Of a stretch of 64,000 bases of DNA, positions 59,403 to 64,000 are shown in pieces. The DNA is taken from NCBI GenBank assembly GCA_004551905.1, contig SFPL01000025.1, forward strand, positions 2,757 to 66,756, in the 5' to 3' direction. The position numbers and the translations under genes are program-made. Numbering within the stretch: position 1 is the stretch's first letter; every line of letters starts with the position of its first letter. Origin of the DNA: Lentisphaeraceae bacterium. Lineage in GTDB: Bacteria > Verrucomicrobiota > Kiritimatiellia > RFP12 > UBA1067. The notes below the pieces were generated by a model. That model made no database searches. It worked only from the letters and a program-made list of their open reading frames with translations, and was not told the origin of the DNA.

Positions 59403-62228
59403 ATGAAGCGAAGCACGTTCATGATCCTGGCCGCGTTTGCCGCTGCTGCCGCCGGAGCGGCCGGCGAAGACCAGCTCCTCTCCGCCTTTCGCTCGCCCCC
59501 GCCCGCGGCGCGCCCGCAGGTCTGGTGGCACTGGATAAACGGCAACGTGACCCGCGAGGGAATCGTCGCCGACCTCGACGCCATGGCCGCCGTGGGCATC
59601 GGCGGCGCGACGATCTTCGACGTCGGCGTCGAAATCCCTCCGGGCCCGGTCAAGTTCAACACTCAGGAGTGGACCGACACCGTCGCCTTCGCAGTCGCCG
59701 AGGCCGCGAAGCGCCGCATCGAGATCTGCCTCCACAACTGCAGCGGCTACTCTACCTCCGGCGGACCGTGGATCGCGCCCTCCAACTCGATGAAGGTCGT
59801 CTCCTACTCGCTCGTGGACGTCGCGGGTCCGCGGCGCTTCGCAGCGGCGCTGAGCGCTCCGCCGAACAAGTACGGCTTCTACGAGGACGTCGCGGTGCTC
59901 GCCTGGCCGGTGCCGGCGGCCGAGCGTTCGCAGGATGGCTCGGCCGGCAAGATCGCGGAAGTCAAGCGCGACAACAAGGAGATAGTCTACGAGTTCGAAT
60001 ACCCCGCCGACTTCCGCGCCTCGCGCTGGGAGTGCCGCATCCGCGACGCGGCGCAAGCCTGGAACTCGACCATCGAGGCGACGCTTTCCGCCGCTGACGC
60101 CGACGGCAAGTGGCGCGAGGTCTCGCGCGAGACGTTGTATGCGCGCTACTGTAACCAGGACGACGAGAACGTCCGGTCCTTCGGCTTCCCAGAGGCATCG
60201 TCCCGCCGCTGGCGGCTCGTCGTGAAGGCGGTAGACTGCTCGACCGGCAACTTCAAGTTCGAGGCCATGCCGCTTTCCCGCAGCGCCCGGATCTCCAACA
60301 TCGCCAACAAGGGCTGGTTCATCTCCACCGGCGCGGCTACGCGTCCATACTCCGCAGCGCCCGACCAGGTCGTCAGGAGCAAGGACGTCCTCGACCTCAC
60401 CGCCAAGTTTGACCGCGCGACCGGCGTCCTCGACTGGGACGTCCCTGTCGGCGCCTGGCGGGTGATGCGCGTCGGCTACGCCGCGAACGGCATGAAGTGC
60501 AATCCCACGTCGGACAGTGGAGCGGGGCTCGAGTGCGACAAGCTTGACAAGGCTGGCGTCCGCGCCGTCTTCGGCAATTACGTCGCCAGGGTCTGCGACC
60601 GCGTCGGCCCGTCCCTCGCCGGCAAGGTCGAGTTCGGCCTCAACAGCGTGCTGGTGGACAGCTGGGAGGCCGGCATGCAGAACTGGACGCAGGGCTTCGA
60701 GCGCGAGTTCGCGCGGCGGCGCGGCTACGACATCGCGCCCTGGCTGCCGACGCTCGCGGGCGTGGTCGTGGACGGCGTCGACGAAAGCGAGCGGTTCCTC
60801 GCGGACTTCCGGGACGTCATCTCGCACCTGCTGGCGGAGAACTTCTCCGACGAGCTCGCGCGCCTCTGCCACGAGCGCGGGCTCAGGCTCAGCGTCGAGT
60901 CCTACGGCGGGCTGCCGTCCACCCCAGAGCTCTACGGACGCGCCGAGGACATCACCATGTGCGAGTTCTGGATCAACCCAGGCTGCCGGGCCCGGGATAT
61001 GGACGAACGCTGTGTGCGCAGCGTCGTCGCCCGCGCACGGAAGCGTCCCGACCGCGGCAACCGCATCATCGCCGCCGAGGCGTTCACGGCGTGGCCCACC
61101 AACGACCGCTGGCAGATCGACCCCTACACGCTCAAGTCGACTGGCGACCATATGTACGCGCTCGGCGTCAACCGGATTGTCTATCACCGCTACGCGCACC
61201 AGCCGTGGACCAAGGGCAACCTCGCGCCCGGCATGACGATGGGGGCGTGGGGCACGCACTTCGAGCGCACCAACACCTGGTGGTTCGACCAGAAGGGGTG
61301 GATCGACTACCAGACGCGCTGCCAGGCGCTGCTGCAGGACGGCGAGTTCGTCGACGAGAAGACCTACGGTGACGAGATCTGGATCCACCGCCGCTACGCC
61401 GACGGCACCGATGGGTTCTTCGTCGCCTGCGACAACGCCGAGACGCGCGCCGTGCAGGTGTCACTGCCGGTCACCGGCCGTGTGCCCGAAATCTGGGACG
61501 CCGAGACCGGCGAGATCTCGCTTGCGCCGGTCTGGACCGACTCGAACAACAGGACCGTGCTCTCGCTCAAGCTGAGGCCGTCAGGTTCGGCGTTCGTGAT
61601 GTTCCGTCCCCGTCCGACGTCGGGCGCGGTGGCGAAGCGCGCCGTGCGCGAAACGGCGGCGGACGAGGTGAAGGGGACCTGGACGGTGTCCTTCGAGGCG
61701 TCGTATCCCGACGTCCCGGCACCGGTGAAGATGAACTCCCTCGCCTCGCTCTCTAAGCACTCCAATCCAGAGGTCCGCTACTTCGCGGGCCACGCCACCT
61801 ATCGGATGAAGTTCGCCGATGCGCGGCCGCGGAATCCGGGCAGCCGCGTGGTCCTCGACCTCGGCGAGGTGAAGAACCTGGCGGCGGTGACGGTGAACGG
61901 TCGCGAGTTTCCTGTTCTCTGGCGGCCGCCGTTCCGCGTGGACGTGACCGACGCCTGGAAGGAAGAGAACGAGATTGCCGTCCGGGTGACGACGCTCTGG
62001 CCCAACCGGCTCATCGGCGACGAGCTGCTGCCGGAGGATCGCGTGTGGCAGGGAGGCTGGTACGGCGGTAGCGTCGCCAAGATCCCGGAGTGGGTGCGCC
62101 GTGGCGAGAAGAGCCCGACCGGCCGCCACACCTTCACGACCTGGCACCACTGGCAAGCCGAGGACAAGGACAAGCTCGTCCCCGCCGGCCTGCTCGGTCC
62201 GGTGAAGCGCGTTGTGATGGAAGAGTGA
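59403..62228 (+). CDS. secreted glycosyl hydrolase (GH106-like / GH2-sugar-binding-like family, possible alpha-L-rhamnosidase)
   Basis: It has a signal peptide. 'RPQVWWHWINGNVTREGIVADLDAMAAVGIGGATIFDVG' is an N-terminal signature I associate with this hydrolase family. The family assignment is by recollection only. Confidence 0.5.
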   Translation: MKRSTFMILAAFAAAAAGAAGEDQLLSAFRSPPPAARPQVWWHWINGNVTREGIVADLDAMAAVGIGGATIFDVGVEIPPGPVKFNTQEWTDTVAFAVAEAAKRRIEICLHNCSGYSTSGGPWIAPSNSMKVVSYSLVDVAGPRRFAAALSAPPNKYGFYEDVAVLAWPVPAAERSQDGSAGKIAEVKRDNKEIVYEFEYPADFRASRWECRIRDAAQAWNSTIEATLSAADADGKWREVSRETLYARYCNQDDENVRSFGFPEASSRRWRLVVKAVDCSTGNFKFEAMPLSRSARISNIANKGWFISTGAATRPYSAAPDQVVRSKDVLDLTAKFDRATGVLDWDVPVGAWRVMRVGYAANGMKCNPTSDSGAGLECDKLDKAGVRAVFGNYVARVCDRVGPSLAGKVEFGLNSVLVDSWEAGMQNWTQGFEREFARRRGYDIAPWLPTLAGVVVDGVDESERFLADFRDVISHLLAENFSDELARLCHERGLRLSVESYGGLPSTPELYGRAEDITMCEFWINPGCRARDMDERCVRSVVARARKRPDRGNRIIAAEAFTAWPTNDRWQIDPYTLKSTGDHMYALGVNRIVYHRYAHQPWTKGNLAPGMTMGAWGTHFERTNTWWFDQKGWIDYQTRCQALLQDGEFVDEKTYGDEIWIHRRYADGTDGFFVACDNAETRAVQVSLPVTGRVPEIWDAETGEISLAPVWTDSNNRTVLSLKLRPSGSAFVMFRPRPTSGAVAKRAVRETAADEVKGTWTVSFEASYPDVPAPVKMNSLASLSKHSNPEVRYFAGHATYRMKFADARPRNPGSRVVLDLGEVKNLAAVTVNGREFPVLWRPPFRVDVTDAWKEENEIAVRVTTLWPNRLIGDELLPEDRVWQGGWYGGSVAKIPEWVRRGEKSPTGRHTFTTWHHWQAEDKDKLVPAGLLGPVKRVVMEE

Positions 62229-62253
62229 CGCGGCGGATTGCGCGGCCGGCGAA

Positions 62254-62266
62254 TATGGTATAATAC
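62254..62266 (+). promoter_or_regulatory. extended -10 TATGGTATAATAC placed 8-9 nt before the ATG of the TPR gene (leaderless)
   Basis: TATAAT is at 62259-62264 and the ATG at 62273. There is no SD. Confidence 0.4.
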
Positions 62267-62272
62267 GCAAAA

Positions 62273-64000
62273 ATGACTTTTCCCGCCATAGTCTTTGCGA
62301 CGATGATAGCGGCGCTTACGGTGGCGCCGTCGGATCGGCTCGCCATGGCCGACCGCCTTTTCAACCGCGGCGATTACGCGGCCGCGCGCCGCGAGTACGC
62401 GGCGCTCAAGGGCGAAAGGGGGGTGGACGAGGCCAATGTCCTCTATCGGCTGGCGGCGACCTCCGAGGGACTGAAGGACGCCAAAGGCACGGTGGCCGAC
62501 GCCGACGCCTTCCTCGCCAAGTTCGCCGACCACCGGCTGGCCGACCGCGTGCGGCTCATGCGCGCGCTTGCCTGCGAGGGTGAGGAGCGGCGCAAGGAGC
62601 TGAGGATGCTCGACCGCGACGACGCCGATCCGTCGCTCCGCGCCGAGGCGCTTTTCCACCTCGCGAGGATGTCCAACGACGCCGCGCTCTACGAACGCTG
62701 CCGCAAGCTCGACCCGAAGGGGCGCTACGCCGCCTACGCCTCGTTCTACCACGCCTCCGCCGCGCTGGAGAACGCCGACGCCGCAGCGCGGCGCCGCGGG
62801 CTCGCGGAGCTGATGGAGGTCGTCTACGGCAAGGACGCCGCGCTCGCGAAGGACGCGCTCTACCTCGCCGCGGTGCACAGCTACCGCGAGGCGAAGTACG
62901 GCGAAAGCGCCGCGCTGCTGAAGCGCTACCAGAAGCTCTACCCCGGCGACGCGCGCCTCGGCGAGGTGCGGCGGCTCGCCGCGCTGAGCGAGCTGATGGG
63001 CGGACACTACGCCGCCGCGCTCGCCTGCTGCACCGACGACAAGGACGATACCCTCGTCTTCGTGAAGACCACCGCCAACGAGCGCATGGGCAACCGCGAC
63101 GAGGCGCTTAAGCTGGCGCGGAAGTACCTCGAGGATTTCCCGCAGGGGCGCCACCGAGACGCGCTCGAGCTGGAGCGCGCGAGGATGGAGTTCGACGCTG
63201 CGGCGAAGTCCGGCGACAAGGCGAAGGCGCTCGACGCGGCGAAGCGCGCCGTCGCCTTCGGCAAGGGCGCGGTCGCGTTCGACCGGCTCCGCTGTGCGTG
63301 GGCGCTGGAGCTCGTCGGCGAGGCGGAGAAGGCCGAGGCGGAGTACGCGTCGGTGGCGAAGGACTTTCCCGGCAAGGGTGACGCGGCGGAGGCGATGTAC
63401 CGGCGGGCGATGTCGCTTCTCCGGCGCGAGCAGTGGGCGGCGGCGGAGCTTTCGCTCGCCGAGGCGCTTGCGTCCGGGATCGACGGCGAGAGGCGCGCGC
63501 TGGCGCTCTACTGGCGCGGTGTGGCGTCCGTGAGGGCCGGCCACGCGGCCGAGGGGGTGGCGCTGCTGAAGGACGCGGTCAAGGCGGGGCTGCCGCTCGA
63601 CGAGTCGCGCGAGGCGCGGCTGATGATCGCCGACGCGGACTTCAACGCCGGTCGCACCGATGAGGCCAAGGCGGCGTACAGGGAGCTGATCAGCCAGGGC
63701 GCGCTCGAGCGTATGGGCGCGGCGAAGACTTTGTCGGTGGGCAATCTCCTGGGCGGCGAGGAGGCGAAGCTCTGCGCACAGGCGCTGGTGAAGAGCGACT
63801 CCGCCGAGTGGCGTCAGGCCGGCTACGCGCTGCTCGGCTCGGTGGAGGAGGCGGCAGGCGCGTACGGTGCCGCGGCCTACGCCTATTCGAAGGCGATGGA
63901 GGAGAAGTGCTCCACCGAGTCGCTCGCCAGGGTGGCGCTGCGGCTCGGGGTGCTCGAATCGCGCGGCGGCGATCCGGTCAAGGCCGAGGAGGCGCTGAAG
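62273..64000 (+). CDS. tetratricopeptide-repeat protein, 3' end outside the window
   Basis: It has an N-terminal TM/signal 'FPAIVFATMIAALTVA'. Repeated 'A..L...G.Y..A...Y' TPR-like helices continue to the end of the window. It is not in the ORF track because no stop occurs before position 64000. Confidence 0.7.
   Translation, partial: MTFPAIVFATMIAALTVAPSDRLAMADRLFNRGDYAAARREYAALKGERGVDEANVLYRLAATSEGLKDAKGTVADADAFLAKFADHRLADRVRLMRALACEGEERRKELRMLDRDDADPSLRAEALFHLARMSNDAALYERCRKLDPKGRYAAYASFYHASAALENADAAARRRGLAELMEVVYGKDAALAKDALYLAAVHSYREAKYGESAALLKRYQKLYPGDARLGEVRRLAALSELMGGHYAAALACCTDDKDDTLVFVKTTANERMGNRDEALKLARKYLEDFPQGRHRDALELERARMEFDAAAKSGDKAKALDAAKRAVAFGKGAVAFDRLRCAWALELVGEAEKAEAEYASVAKDFPGKGDAAEAMYRRAMSLLRREQWAAAELSLAEALASGIDGERRALALYWRGVASVRAGHAAEGVALLKDAVKAGLPLDESREARLMIADADFNAGRTDEAKAAYRELISQGALERMGAAKTLSVGNLLGGEEAKLCAQALVKSDSAEWRQAGYALLGSVEEAAGAYGAAAYAYSKAMEEKCSTESLARVALRLGVLESRGGDPVKAEEALK

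Overview
This is a high-GC (roughly two-thirds G+C by eye) bacterial chromosomal window with very dense coding. Almost every gene is on the + strand; the exception is a thiG-thiH-thiC thiamine operon on the - strand, led by a clear TPP riboswitch. Housekeeping genes recognised from motifs: rbfA-truB-ribF-manA, rpoD, topA, xerC, trmB, HU, nagA, exbB-exbD-tonB, a tRNA-Ser(GCT), a ClC chloride channel, a DJ-1 family protein, and several glycoside hydrolases (GH29 fucosidase, GH31, a GH106/GH2-like enzyme).

The standout content is a pair of paralogous secreted giant proteins, 4753 aa (4603..18849) and 1320 aa (39140..43102). Both have an N-terminal signal peptide, Ig-like repeats, an unusual glycine-rich domain (paired G7 runs encoded by (GGC)n tracts), and pectate-lyase-fold beta-helix modules that end in 'SPAIDAGDP...NLGAYGNT' motifs. 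Both also end in the same short C-terminal tail. The larger protein additionally carries four LamG-like modules.

The two genes bracket an exosortase (EpsH-like) / EpsI / WecA-like initiating glycosyltransferase / nagA locus. The large gene is preceded by a sigma70-like promoter, a G10 homopolymer tract and a perfect hairpin terminator, which together look like a candidate sRNA/leader and a phase-variable switch.

Other observations: a recurring extended -10 motif 'TTTGGTATAATAC' (several of these would give leaderless mRNAs), a MacA/TolC-like efflux locus whose ABC ATPase has no permease gene, a TonB system with no TonB-dependent receptor followed by a BatD-like protein, and an RRM protein with a membrane anchor. 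No CRISPR array, rRNA, transposase or obvious prophage was seen. The many long antisense ORFs in the six-frame track are high-GC artefacts.

All calls rest on reading motifs by eye; no database search was possible.
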